Assembly (NCBI GenBank): GCA_902635045.1
Contig: CACPMT010000004.1
Location: 34,318 to 98,317, forward strand
Direction: 5' to 3'
Length of the DNA stretch: 64,000 bases
Source: an uncultured SAR86 cluster bacterium
Lineage (GTDB): Bacteria; Pseudomonadota; Gammaproteobacteria; Magnimaribacterales; AG-339-G14
The number at the start of each line of letters is the position of its first letter. The stretch's first letter is position 1. The notes beneath the pieces are model-generated. The model was not told where the DNA came from and made no database searches. It saw only the letters and a list, made by a program, of their open reading frames with translations. Positions 1 through 9,331 of this stretch are shown here, piece by piece. A program made the translations under genes and the position numbers.

Positions 1-388
1 AAGACAAGTTATTGATATCTTCCGAAGTACAAAATAAATGCACAAATTCTGAGTATTTTTTAAGATTTAGGCTCTCAAGCTTTTTTCTAATGAATATTTC
101 TACCGCCTTAACATCATGATTCGTTTTAGCTTCTATTTTTTTTATCTGCTCGGCATCTTTCAAAGAAAACTCTTCAATTATTTTCAATAACGAAGTTTCT
201 TTATTCTTAGACAATGCTGGAACAAAACTTAAACTTTTAGTACGAGACATAAAAATAAGCCAATTGATTTCAACAATAACTCTATTTTTTATCAAGGCAA
301 ATTCGCTGAAATATTGTTCCAGCTCAATTAACTTAGTTGCGTATCTTCCATCTAAAGGAGAGATTGAATTAAGCGTATTTTTCAGCAT
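1..388 (-). CDS. purB: Adenylosuccinate lyase, N-terminal 129 codons (gene runs off the window start)
   Basis: Not in the ORF track because it is edge-truncated. Reverse-strand translation from the ATG at 388-386 gives MLKNTLNSISPLDGRYA...KTNHDVKAVE...FCTSEDINNLS. This matches the PurB N-terminal signature blocks (SP-DGRY, TNHDVKAVE, TSEDINN). Confidence 0.85.
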   Translation of the reverse strand, partial: MLKNTLNSISPLDGRYATKLIELEQYFSEFALIKNRVIVEINWLIFMSRTKSLSFVPALSKNKETSLLKIIEEFSLKDAEQIKKIEAKTNHDVKAVEIFIRKKLESLNLKKYSEFVHLFCTSEDINNLS

Positions 389-425
389 GAGAAGCTAAAA
401 TATTATACATTAAATCATCTATACA

Positions 426-1493
426 TTATTCAATTTCGCCTCCGCCCAAACAGATATCTCCAGAGTAGAAAACTACAGATTGTCCTGGAGTAATAGCACG
501 TTGCGGGACATCAAATTCAACACTCCACCCATTAGCTGTTTCCCTTAAAGAACAAGTTTGCTCCTTTTGTCGGTATCGAATTTTTGCAGTTATATCTTTA
601 AGATTGGGAATAGTTTCAACTAACCAATTTATTTTTTTTACAGTCAACTCAGACTTAAGAAGCAAAGGGTGATTGTTGTCTTGCACTACTGTTAAAGAAT
701 TTTTTTGATTATCTTTTGCAGCGACATACCAGGGTTGTTCCTGTGAACCTTTGATGCCCCCAATTCCAAGACCTTGTCTTTGACCAAGAGTATAAAAATA
801 AACACCATTGTGTTCGCCAATTAAATTTTGATTTTCATCATAAATATTTCCTTTTCTTACGGGTAAATAATTCGATAAAAATTCTGGAAATGGTCTTTCT
901 CCAATAAAACAAATGCCGGTGCTATCTTTTTTGTCAAACGTAACTAAACCTTTACTTTTAGCTATTTCTCTAACTTGGCTTTTTTCTATATCGCCAATAG
1001 GAAATAAACATTTATTTAATACCTCTTTCTTTATGTTATTTAAAAAATAAGTCTGATCTTTCGATTGATCATAGGACTTTTTTAATAAATATGAGGAGTC
1101 TTTTTGTTCAATTTGACAATAATGACCAGTGGCAATCTGATCAAAGTTACTCTTAATTGCGTAATCGAAAAAAGCATCAAATTTTATAAATTTGTTGCAA
1201 AAAATGTCAGGATTAGGAGTTTTTCCGTTTTTTAAGCTATTTAAAAAATATTCAAAAACTTTTTCTTTATATTCTTTTGCAAAGTTAAGCTGAATGAGCT
1301 CGATACCTAACTTATCGCAAACTCGAGCAGCATCAAAAAAGTCTTCTTTCACACTACAATAAGGAGTGCCATCATCGTCTTCCCAATTTTTCATGAAAGC
1401 GCCAGTTACTTCAAAACCTTTGTCTTTTAAAATTGCAGCAGAAACCGAAGAATCAACTCCTCCTGAGATACCTACAAGAACTTTATTTGCCAT
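426..1493 (-). CDS. mnmA: tRNA 2-thiouridine(34) synthase MnmA
   Basis: ORF 426..1526. It has the PP-loop VGISGGVDSS near the N-terminus and is MnmA/TrmU-like throughout. The start is trimmed to the Met of MANKVLVG (1493). It lies directly upstream of purB, as in other gammaproteobacteria. Confidence 0.9.
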   Translation of the reverse strand: MANKVLVGISGGVDSSVSAAILKDKGFEVTGAFMKNWEDDDGTPYCSVKEDFFDAARVCDKLGIELIQLNFAKEYKEKVFEYFLNSLKNGKTPNPDIFCNKFIKFDAFFDYAIKSNFDQIATGHYCQIEQKDSSYLLKKSYDQSKDQTYFLNNIKKEVLNKCLFPIGDIEKSQVREIAKSKGLVTFDKKDSTGICFIGERPFPEFLSNYLPVRKGNIYDENQNLIGEHNGVYFYTLGQRQGLGIGGIKGSQEQPWYVAAKDNQKNSLTVVQDNNHPLLLKSELTVKKINWLVETIPNLKDITAKIRYRQKEQTCSLRETANGWSVEFDVPQRAITPGQSVVFYSGDICLGGGEIE

Positions 1494-1514
1494 AACTTTG
1501 ACCTTCAAAAATGC

Positions 1515-1520
1515 TATAAT
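1515..1520 (+). promoter_or_regulatory. Possible extended -10 element (TGcTATAAT) for icd
   Basis: A perfect TATAAT is preceded by TGC, 33 nt upstream of the icd ATG in the 59-nt mnmA/icd divergent gap. The TTGACC at 1498-1503 is only 11 nt away, so it is not a usable -35. Confidence 0.3.
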
Positions 1521-1552
1521 AGCCAAAAAATTTTCAATTCTAAATCGTTTAT

Positions 1553-2872
1553 ATGGAATTTAAAAATATTAAAGTCCCAGAAAGTGGGGAAAAAATTACT
1601 CATGATTACAAGGGAAACTTAATCGTTCCTGATAATCCAATCATTCCTTTCATAGAAGGAGATGGCATTGGAACCGATATCACCCCAGTTATGGTCAAAG
1701 TTATCGACCATGCCGTACAAAAAGCGTATGGCGGCAAAAAGAAAATTCATTGGATGGAAGTTTATTGCGGAGAAAAATCCTTAACAGTATATGGAGACGA
1801 CGAATGGCTTCCGGAAGAAACTATAGATGCTTTGAAAGAGTTTTCAGTGGGCATAAAAGGCCCACTAACAACTCCTATCGGAGGAGGGATAAGATCTTTA
1901 AACGTTGCTTTGAGACAGAAATTAGACCTTTTTCTGTGCCAACGTCCCATTCGATATTTTGAAGGTGTGCCAACTCCAGTACTAAAACCAGAACTTACTG
2001 ATATGACTGTCTTTCGAGAAAATTCAGAAGATATCTACACTGGCATTGAATTTCAAGCTGGTAGTGAAGAAGCTGAAAAGGTTATTAAATTCTTAATTGA
2101 GGAGATGAAAGTTGAAAACATTCGCTTTGAGCAGAATTGTGGAATTGGAGTTAAAAATATTTCCAAATCAGGCTCTGAGAGATTAGTAAGAAAAGCAATT
2201 CAATATGCAATTGAACATGATAGATCCTCTGTCACCTTGGTTCATAAAGGAAACATCATGAAATTTACTGAAGGCTCCTTTAAAGAATGGGGCTACAAAC
2301 TAGCAGAAAAAGAATTCGAGGCTTCTAGTTTAGACGGTGGAGAGTGGATGGAAATCAGAAATCCAAAAACAAACAGACCAATCATAATAAAAGACGTCAT
2401 AACTGATAATTTTCTCCAACAAATTCTAATTAGACCAGTAGATTACGATGTCATTGCAACGATGAACCTGAATGGAGATTTTATTTCGGATGCTTTGGCT
2501 GCAAAAGTTGGAGGCTTGGGATTGGCACCAGGAGCAAATATCGGAGATTCGGTGGCCTTATTCGAAGCGACACATGGAACAGCGCCAAAGTATGCCGGGA
2601 AAGATAAAATTAATCCTTCCTCATTGATTCTGTCTGCACACATGATGTTGGAACACATTGGATGGCAAGAAGCAGCTGATTACGTGCTTAAAGGTATCAG
2701 TTGGTCCATTCAATCTAAGCTAGTAACTTATGATTTAGATAGATTGATGGATGGTGCAACTTTATTAAAATGTTCAGAGTTCGGTGAATCAATAATCTCT
2801 GGAATGGAAATCATAGATAAAACAGATGCAAATGAGGAGCCTAAGATTAAATTAGTGAAAGACGAAAAATAG
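1553..2872 (+). CDS. icd: NADP-dependent isocitrate dehydrogenase
   Basis: 439 aa with prokaryotic homodimeric IDH blocks: [36 protein letters not shown] and [11 protein letters not shown]. Confidence 0.9.
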   Translation: MEFKNIKVPESGEKITHDYKGNLIVPDNPIIPFIEGDGIGTDITPVMVKVIDHAVQKAYGGKKKIHWMEVYCGEKSLTVYGDDEWLPEETIDALKEFSVGIKGPLTTPIGGGIRSLNVALRQKLDLFLCQRPIRYFEGVPTPVLKPELTDMTVFRENSEDIYTGIEFQAGSEEAEKVIKFLIEEMKVENIRFEQNCGIGVKNISKSGSERLVRKAIQYAIEHDRSSVTLVHKGNIMKFTEGSFKEWGYKLAEKEFEASSLDGGEWMEIRNPKTNRPIIIKDVITDNFLQQILIRPVDYDVIATMNLNGDFISDALAAKVGGLGLAPGANIGDSVALFEATHGTAPKYAGKDKINPSSLILSAHMMLEHIGWQEAADYVLKGISWSIQSKLVTYDLDRLMDGATLLKCSEFGESIISGMEIIDKTDANEEPKIKLVKDEK

Positions 2873-2875
2873 AAA

Positions 2876-3226
2876 ATGCAAAAAAATTATTTGAAAAATA
2901 ATAATGCCAATGAATTTGATGATGATTCATCCGTTTTAGTCAAACCCTCAGATCCAATTCTTAAAAGACCACCTTTATATCATGTAGTTTTATTGAACGA
3001 TGATTACACACCAATGGAATTTGTTATTTATGTTTTACAATCGTTTTTTGGATTCGATAAAGAAAAAGCTACGCAAATAATGTTATCCGTTCATACCAAA
3101 GGCAAAGGAATTTGCGGAGTTTTTACCAGAGAAGTTGCTGAGACAAAATCGATGCATATTAATAATTTTGCTCAGCAAAATGAACATCCTTTAATTAGTG
3201 AAATTGAACCGGCAGAGGACGAATAA
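2876..3226 (+). CDS. clpS: ATP-dependent Clp protease adaptor ClpS
   Basis: 116 aa. [27 protein letters not shown] is the ClpS core. It sits immediately upstream of clpA. Confidence 0.9.
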   Translation: MQKNYLKNNNANEFDDDSSVLVKPSDPILKRPPLYHVVLLNDDYTPMEFVIYVLQSFFGFDKEKATQIMLSVHTKGKGICGVFTREVAETKSMHINNFAQQNEHPLISEIEPAEDE

Positions 3227-5488
3227 ATGTTAGAAAAAAACCTAGAAACCTGCCTGAATAATTCTTTCAAATATGCTCATTCTAAGAAACATGAATTCGT
3301 AACTACTGAGCATTTGCTTTTATCTATTCTAGACAACGATGAGTCGATTAAAGTGTTGACTTCATGCAACGTGAATATTGAGACTTTAAGAGCTGAATTA
3401 ACGAAATTTGTTGAAGACAATACGCCTTTGACTCAAGATGAAGCCAAAGAAATTCAGCCAACTCTAAGTTATCAAAGAGTAATTCAGAGAGCAGTTTTTC
3501 ATGTGCAGTCTACTGGCGCCGGCGAAGTTACAGGTGCCAATGTTTTGGTAGCTTTATTCAGCGAGAAAGAAAGCCAAAGTGTTTACTTATTAAAAAAACA
3601 AGGCATGAATAGACTGGATGCAGTTGCCTTTTTAAGTCACGGTGAAAAAAAATTAGAAGACGAGAGTTTTTCAGAGTTCACTGAAGAAAAGGAAGTAGAA
3701 AGCAAAACCGATTCAAACATTTCTAAGTTTGCCTTGAACTTAAATGAAGAAGCTATTCAAGGCCGCATTGACCCTATCATAGGTCGTGAGAGTGAATTGG
3801 TAAGAATCACACAAATTCTTGCACGTAGATCTAAAAATAATCCAATTTTAGTAGGAGAATCAGGCGTAGGAAAAACTGCTTTAATCGAAGGCTTAGCAAA
3901 AAATATCATTGATAAAAAAGTTCCGGAAACTTTAGCCAATGCTCAAATATTCTCTCTCGATATGGGATCACTCCTTGCAGGCACAAAATACAGAGGAGAT
4001 TTTGAAAAAAGACTAAAAGTGATCTTAAAAGACCTTTCAAAAATAGATAACGCCATATTGTTTATTGACGAAATTCACACAATTATTGGCGCTGGAGCAA
4101 CTTCTGGCGGTGTTATGGATGCTTCGAATTTACTCAAACCAATTCTTGGCAAAAGTCCTATTAAATTCATTGGTTCTACCACTTTTAAAGAATACAGAAC
4201 TGTTTTTGAAAAAGATCGAGCCCTGGCTAGAAGGTTTCAAAAAGTAGATTTAGACGAACCTAGCATTGAGGAAACTGTAAAAATTTTAGAAGGTCTCAAA
4301 TCTAGATTCGAAGAGCATCATGAATTGAAATATTCGCAATCGGCTTTGAAAGCAGCAGCTGAACTTTCAGCTAAACATATCAATGACAAATATTTACCTG
4401 ATAAAGCAATTGATGTGATTGATGAGGCAGGCGCAAGAATTAGGCTTTCTTCCGACAAAAAAAGAAAAACTGTGGGAGAACAGGACATTCAAAAAGTAAT
4501 TTCACAAATAGCAAAAATTCCTGAAAAGAGCATCTCCGTCAAAGACAGAGTTTCTTTAGGCAAACTTGAAGAAGATTTAAAGAGAGTCATTTTTGGTCAA
4601 GACCAAGCAATCAATAAACTGGCGAGCTCGATAATGATGTCTCGAGCAGGATTGGGCAACGATGAAAAGCCGATGGGCTCTTTCTTATTCTCTGGACCTA
4701 CAGGTGTCGGAAAAACTGAAGTTTCTAGACAATTAGCTCAACTGTTAGGAGTTGAATTGATCAGGTTTGATATGTCTGAATATATGGAGAGACATACTGT
4801 TTCACGTTTGATTGGAGCGCCTCCAGGATACGTCGGCTATGATGAAGGCGGACTGTTAACAGAGGCCATTACTAAAAATCCTCACTCTGTAATTCTTTTG
4901 GATGAAATAGAAAAAGCGCATCCAGAAGTCTTTAATGTTTTATTGCAAGTGATGGATCATGGAACCTTGACTGATAACAATGGTAGAAAGGCAAGCTTCA
5001 GAAACTGTGTGTTGATTATGACGACGAACTCTGGCGCACAAGAAATGGCTAGAGAGTCTATGGGCTTTCAAAAGCAAGACAATACCACTGATGGTTCGGA
5101 AGTAATTAAAAAAACTTTCACACCAGAGTTTAGAAATAGACTTGATGCCATAGTTCAGTTTGATTCTTTAAGTGAAGAAGTTATCCATACGGTCTTGGAT
5201 AAATTCTTAACAGAATTGCAAGCTCAATTGGATGAGAAGAAAGTAACCCTGGAAGTCGACGACAAAGCTAGAGCTTGGCTTGTTAAAAATGGTTACGACG
5301 AAAAAATGGGCGCTAGACCAATGCAACGTTTGATCCAAGATAAAATTAAAAAGAACCTTGCAGAATCTATTTTATTCGGAGATCTCTCTAAAAAGGGTGG
5401 AGTGGTGCTTGTTTCAGAGAAGAAAGACGACTTGGTAATTTCGTTTGAACTTGAATCTTCAGAAGAAGAAGTTAAAGCTGATAAGTAA
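3227..5488 (+). CDS. clpA: ATP-dependent Clp protease ATP-binding subunit ClpA
   Basis: 753 aa with two AAA+ modules (Walker A motifs GESGVGKT and GPTGVGKT). It has a Clp N-domain and is contiguous with clpS. Confidence 0.93.
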   Translation: MLEKNLETCLNNSFKYAHSKKHEFVTTEHLLLSILDNDESIKVLTSCNVNIETLRAELTKFVEDNTPLTQDEAKEIQPTLSYQRVIQRAVFHVQSTGAGEVTGANVLVALFSEKESQSVYLLKKQGMNRLDAVAFLSHGEKKLEDESFSEFTEEKEVESKTDSNISKFALNLNEEAIQGRIDPIIGRESELVRITQILARRSKNNPILVGESGVGKTALIEGLAKNIIDKKVPETLANAQIFSLDMGSLLAGTKYRGDFEKRLKVILKDLSKIDNAILFIDEIHTIIGAGATSGGVMDASNLLKPILGKSPIKFIGSTTFKEYRTVFEKDRALARRFQKVDLDEPSIEETVKILEGLKSRFEEHHELKYSQSALKAAAELSAKHINDKYLPDKAIDVIDEAGARIRLSSDKKRKTVGEQDIQKVISQIAKIPEKSISVKDRVSLGKLEEDLKRVIFGQDQAINKLASSIMMSRAGLGNDEKPMGSFLFSGPTGVGKTEVSRQLAQLLGVELIRFDMSEYMERHTVSRLIGAPPGYVGYDEGGLLTEAITKNPHSVILLDEIEKAHPEVFNVLLQVMDHGTLTDNNGRKASFRNCVLIMTTNSGAQEMARESMGFQKQDNTTDGSEVIKKTFTPEFRNRLDAIVQFDSLSEEVIHTVLDKFLTELQAQLDEKKVTLEVDDKARAWLVKNGYDEKMGARPMQRLIQDKIKKNLAESILFGDLSKKGGVVLVSEKKDDLVISFELESSEEEVKADK

Positions 5489-5490
5489 AA

Positions 5491-5709
5491 TTATTTAGAA
5501 CGAAACGTTATTCTTCCTTTCGATAGATCGTAAGGGGTCATTTCAACCTTAACTTTATCTCCAGTCAGAATTCTTATGTAATTTTTTCTCATCTTTCCTG
5601 AAATATGAGCGGTAATTACATGATCGTTTTCTAATTTAACTTTGAAAGTAGTATTAGGCATTGTGTCTATGACTTCGCCTTCCATTTCTATTAAATCTTC
5701 TTTTGCCAT
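5491..5709 (-). CDS. infA: Translation initiation factor IF-1
   Basis: 72 aa, [13 protein letters not shown]...[19 protein letters not shown]...LSKGRITFR, a near-canonical IF-1 sequence. Confidence 0.95.
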   Translation of the reverse strand: MAKEDLIEMEGEVIDTMPNTTFKVKLENDHVITAHISGKMRKNYIRILTGDKVKVEMTPYDLSKGRITFRSK

Positions 5710-5734
5710 ATGTTATTGTTATAAAAAAATAATT

Positions 5735-5848
5735 ATGCCAGATCAAGAAAAAGATAAACAATTTAACTTATGGGGGCTTATCATTTTATTGGTCTCAGTC
5801 ACAGTTTTTTTAGCAGTGATTAGTTATGTAATTGATTACATTTATTAA
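5735..5848 (+). CDS. Possible 37-aa single-TM mini-protein
   Basis: An internal Met of track ORF 5642..5848 gives MPDQEKDKQFNLWGLIILLVSVTVFLAVISYVIDYIY. Its stop overlaps the next gene's start as TAATG. The upstream part of the track ORF is antisense to infA. There is no family recognition. Confidence 0.25.
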   Translation: MPDQEKDKQFNLWGLIILLVSVTVFLAVISYVIDYIY

Positions 5849-6315
5849 TGATTTTGACTTTGATACGTCACGCCAAATCGTCTTGGTCAGACCTTTCCTT
5901 AGATGATTTTGACAGACCTCTTAATGAAAGAGGCAACAGAGATGCACCAAAAATGGCACAGTGGTTTTCTAAGAATACTCAAGAGAAACCTATTTTTTTT
6001 TCTAGTTCAGCCAATAGAGCTTTATCAACCGCGAAATTTTTTGAAAAAGAATTGACCCCAATTAAATTTAACGTTGTTGATCATCTGTACCATGCAAATT
6101 TACAAGATTATGAAAGTTTAATCTTAGAAAATAACCATGAGGAGCATATTGTTATTTTTGGACACAACCCGACAATTTCTCAGGTCGCTGAAGAGATGTT
6201 GAAAACTAGATATGTTTATCTAAAAACTTGCTCAATCTGTCAGATAAATTTAGTAGAGCCGGATACTTTATCTGGAGAACTTAATTTTATAAAAAGCCCG
6301 AAAGAGCTAACCTGA
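5848..6315 (+). CDS. Histidine-phosphatase superfamily protein, SixA-like size and layout
   Basis: 155 aa. It has an N-terminal LIRHAKS (RHG/RHA catalytic motif) and a GHNP block near the C-terminal half, as in SixA-type phosphohistidine phosphatases. Confidence 0.65.
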   Translation: MILTLIRHAKSSWSDLSLDDFDRPLNERGNRDAPKMAQWFSKNTQEKPIFFSSSANRALSTAKFFEKELTPIKFNVVDHLYHANLQDYESLILENNHEEHIVIFGHNPTISQVAEEMLKTRYVYLKTCSICQINLVEPDTLSGELNFIKSPKELT

Positions 6316-6401
6316 TTGTTAAAATATTAAGACAGCTTTATAAGATTGCAAATTAAATTGTTTTTCTAACAAGAAAAAATTATTTCTAGTAAAATTAGAG
6401 T

Positions 6402-7100
6402 ATGAGTAAAGAACACATTTTATTGGTAGAAGACGAACCTGATTTGCTTCAGACCCTTTCCTTTAATTTTGAAAGTGAAGGTTACAAAGTTTCAAAAGCA
6501 TTGAATGGCAAAGAGGCCATGAAGGCGCTTGAGAAAAATGATTCCATAGCTCTAGTTATTCTTGATTTAATGCTGCCAGATACCAGCGGTTTAGATATTT
6601 GTCGACACATTAGAAATAAAGACGACCTAAAAAATCTCTTGGTTATTATGGTCACTGCCAAAGGAGAAGAAGTAGATAGGGTGGTAGGTTTTGAAGTAGG
6701 GGCAGATGATTACGTTGTAAAGCCTTATAGTGTCAGAGAGTTATTGCTTAGAGTCAATGGCATGCTCAAAAGATCCTCGAAAGAAAAAAACGAAAGCGAT
6801 AAAGAAGTGATTATTTATGAAAAACTAAAAATAGATACCAATAAGCATAAAGTTTACTTATTCGATAAAAAAATATCTTTAACCTCAAAAGAGTTCAAAC
6901 TTCTCAAACATCTCTTATCCAAAGCTGACAAAGTTCAAACTAGAGACAATCTACTAAATAAAGTATGGGGCTATGACCAGGATGTCACAACCAGAACTGT
7001 CGATACACATATTAAAAGATTGAGATCAAAAATTGGAAAATACGGTGACAAAATAGAAACAGTCAGAGGAGAAGGATATCTTTTTAATAAATCAGAATAA
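6402..7100 (+). CDS. phoB: Phosphate-regulon response regulator (OmpR/PhoB family)
   Basis: 232 aa with a receiver domain (LLVEDEP, ILDLMLPD). VTAKGEEVDRVVGFEVGADDYVVKPYSVRELL closely parallels the PhoB block [30 protein letters not shown]. It has a winged-helix C-terminus (TVDTHIKRLR) and abuts a PhoR-like kinase. Confidence 0.75.
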   Translation: MSKEHILLVEDEPDLLQTLSFNFESEGYKVSKALNGKEAMKALEKNDSIALVILDLMLPDTSGLDICRHIRNKDDLKNLLVIMVTAKGEEVDRVVGFEVGADDYVVKPYSVRELLLRVNGMLKRSSKEKNESDKEVIIYEKLKIDTNKHKVYLFDKKISLTSKEFKLLKHLLSKADKVQTRDNLLNKVWGYDQDVTTRTVDTHIKRLRSKIGKYGDKIETVRGEGYLFNKSE

Positions 7101-8453
7101 ATGAAATTTTCGGTAAAATTGAGACTGTTTCTGTTGGTATTAATAGTTGTATCTTCAGTAAGCTTGGTTGCATCTATATTTTATAGAGAGGATATCTTTC
7201 TGAATGAAAACCTAATCGCAGGCATCGGGTTATTATTGCTTATCTCAATTGTCGCAACCTATTTAATTTATCAATATTTTAAAAGACTATTAAATTCAGC
7301 AGCTCAGTTTATCGCCAAAAATAATATGGATGATCCTTCAGTGGCTTCTGAAGAAATTTTTGATAAGCTTCTTAAGGAATCTAAGCAAGTTAAAGATGAG
7401 CTAGTTAATTACTCTCAACAAACTGAACAATTTAGCTCTGTGTTATCAAAAATGGGACAAGGAGTTATTTTAGTTGATAGAAACCATCAAGTTTTGTTTG
7501 CGAATAAAACTATCAATTCAGAATTTTTTCCTGACTTAAATATCGGCGATAAACTTTTTGAAAAAATTAGTTACCCTCAATTTAAAAAATTTATTGAAAA
7601 GGCCTGGATTAAAAAAGACTTGGTTAGAGAGATTTCAGGCCCTATATCTATTAAGACTGTTTATCTGGTAAGTGCTAAAAAAGATGACATGAGAGATGAA
7701 TTGCTGATTGTTTTTAGTGACATATCCAAATCTAAAAACCTTGAAAAAATGAGAGAAGATTTTATTGGTAACGTCTCTCATGAATTGAGAACACCAATTA
7801 GTGTTATCAAAGCTAATGCTGAAACTTTGATTAACAATAAATTAATTAAAGATGATGAAAACGCTAAGTTTTTCACGGAAGCAATATCTTCTCAATCAGA
7901 ACGTATGACAGTCATAGTCAATGATTTGCTTAAAATTTCAAGCATGGAAGCAGGGGAATATCCGATCTCAATTGAGTCTTTAGAACCATTTTCAATTGTC
8001 AATAACTTAATTGAAGGATTTAAACCCAGTTTAGAAGAGAAAAAATTAACTGTGCAAAATAATTTGAACGAACAAACTAGGGTTATGGCTGATGTAGCTG
8101 CTTTGAACATTATCCTGACAAATTTCTTGAGTAATGCTATCAAACATTCGCCTAAAAAAAGCCTCATAAACATAGAAGAATCTTGCTTTACTAGGGGTTT
8201 TATAAGACTATCCGTATCAGATCAAGGTAAAGGCGTACCAAAAAAATACAGAGAAAGAGTTTTTGAAAGATTTTACAGAATAGACAAAGGTCGATCGACA
8301 AAAATAGGCGGTACAGGTTTAGGCCTTTCGATCAGTAAAAATTTAGCTTTGATGATGGGGTATCCCTTAGGAGTTGGATCGAATAAACCTAAAGGTGCAA
8401 CTTTCTTTATCGATGTAAAAATCGATGAAGAAAAATCAGTTCAAGCTGCTTGA
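7101..8453 (+). CDS. phoR: Phosphate-regulon sensor histidine kinase (PhoR-like)
   Basis: 450 aa with two N-terminal TM helices and almost no periplasmic loop, a PhoR trait. It has the H-box MREDFIGNVSHELRTP, an N-box and the G-box GGTGLGLSI. Its start immediately follows the phoB stop. Confidence 0.7.
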   Translation: MKFSVKLRLFLLVLIVVSSVSLVASIFYREDIFLNENLIAGIGLLLLISIVATYLIYQYFKRLLNSAAQFIAKNNMDDPSVASEEIFDKLLKESKQVKDELVNYSQQTEQFSSVLSKMGQGVILVDRNHQVLFANKTINSEFFPDLNIGDKLFEKISYPQFKKFIEKAWIKKDLVREISGPISIKTVYLVSAKKDDMRDELLIVFSDISKSKNLEKMREDFIGNVSHELRTPISVIKANAETLINNKLIKDDENAKFFTEAISSQSERMTVIVNDLLKISSMEAGEYPISIESLEPFSIVNNLIEGFKPSLEEKKLTVQNNLNEQTRVMADVAALNIILTNFLSNAIKHSPKKSLINIEESCFTRGFIRLSVSDQGKGVPKKYRERVFERFYRIDKGRSTKIGGTGLGLSISKNLALMMGYPLGVGSNKPKGATFFIDVKIDEEKSVQAA

Positions 8454-9331
8454 ATATTTTTATTTTCCTGTAGTTCTTTTTCCATTACCGCGTCAGCAAT
8501 ATTCCAAGAACTATCAAATAAGAAAGAGTTAGGAAAAAACTCAATGATTCCCATAAAAATAGCTATAGCATGTTCGAGTATATCGGCTCTGTCTTCTGGC
8601 AGAGAGTAAAAAGATACTTTTTCTTCAAAACTTTTGCTTGAAAGTTCTTTTTTTAAAACTTTTAATTCCTCTAAGGAAGATTTTCTGTTTTGTCTATTGA
8701 TAATTTCATTGATGAGTCTGGCGTTTCCACCAACCCCAACTATATTTCTTATATTTTCAGATGGAATTTTTGTTAGCCACTCTTTTAAATTATTCCAATG
8801 CTTGGGAGAGTCTTTTTCTTCTAAAATTCGTACCGCACCAAGCGGAAAAGACTTTGCGAGATGTTTACCATTTCCTTGATAGAATAATTCAGTACTGCCA
8901 CCACCAATATCCACCACCAAGGTTTCATCTCTTTTAAAATCTCTGTAATTAAAAAAATTTAACAATTGCGCTTCTTCATTTCCGGATAAGATTTTTATTT
9001 CTATATCGGTTTTTTTTCTTATTTTTTTACAAATTTTATGTCCATTTGATGCTGTTCTCATTGCAGAGGTAGCCACTCCAGTAATTATTTTTACATCTTT
9101 TTTATCGGCCTTGTCTTTGAGTTTCATTATGCTTTTTAATAGTTTCTGTTCTGTTTCAGAGGAGATTTTTTTAAATTTAAATGCATCGGTTCCAAGTCTC
9201 ACTGAAATTCTTTTAAAAGTATCTAGCTCAGCAAAATTTTTACTTTTTTGTTTTGATATACGATATTGACGATATTTAATTGCGTTTGAACCAATGTCAA
9301 TACAAGCTAAGCGTTGAGTTTTATTCTGCAT
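8441..9331 (-). CDS. Ppx/GppA-family phosphatase (short, ASKHA domains only)
   Basis: 296 aa. IDIGSNAIKY and VVDIGGGSTEL are the two Ppx/GppA phosphate-binding motifs. It lacks the C-terminal half of the 513-aa E. coli Ppx. Confidence 0.8.
   Translation of the reverse strand: MQNKTQRLACIDIGSNAIKYRQYRISKQKSKNFAELDTFKRISVRLGTDAFKFKKISSETEQKLLKSIMKLKDKADKKDVKIITGVATSAMRTASNGHKICKKIRKKTDIEIKILSGNEEAQLLNFFNYRDFKRDETLVVDIGGGSTELFYQGNGKHLAKSFPLGAVRILEEKDSPKHWNNLKEWLTKIPSENIRNIVGVGGNARLINEIINRQNRKSSLEELKVLKKELSSKSFEEKVSFYSLPEDRADILEHAIAIFMGIIEFFPNSFLFDSSWNIADAVMEKELQENKNIQAA

Noticed and set aside
1498-1503. TTGACC as a -35 box for icd
   Set aside because: It is only 11 nt from the TATAAT, against the 16-18 nt required. 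If the promoter is real, it relies on the extended -10.
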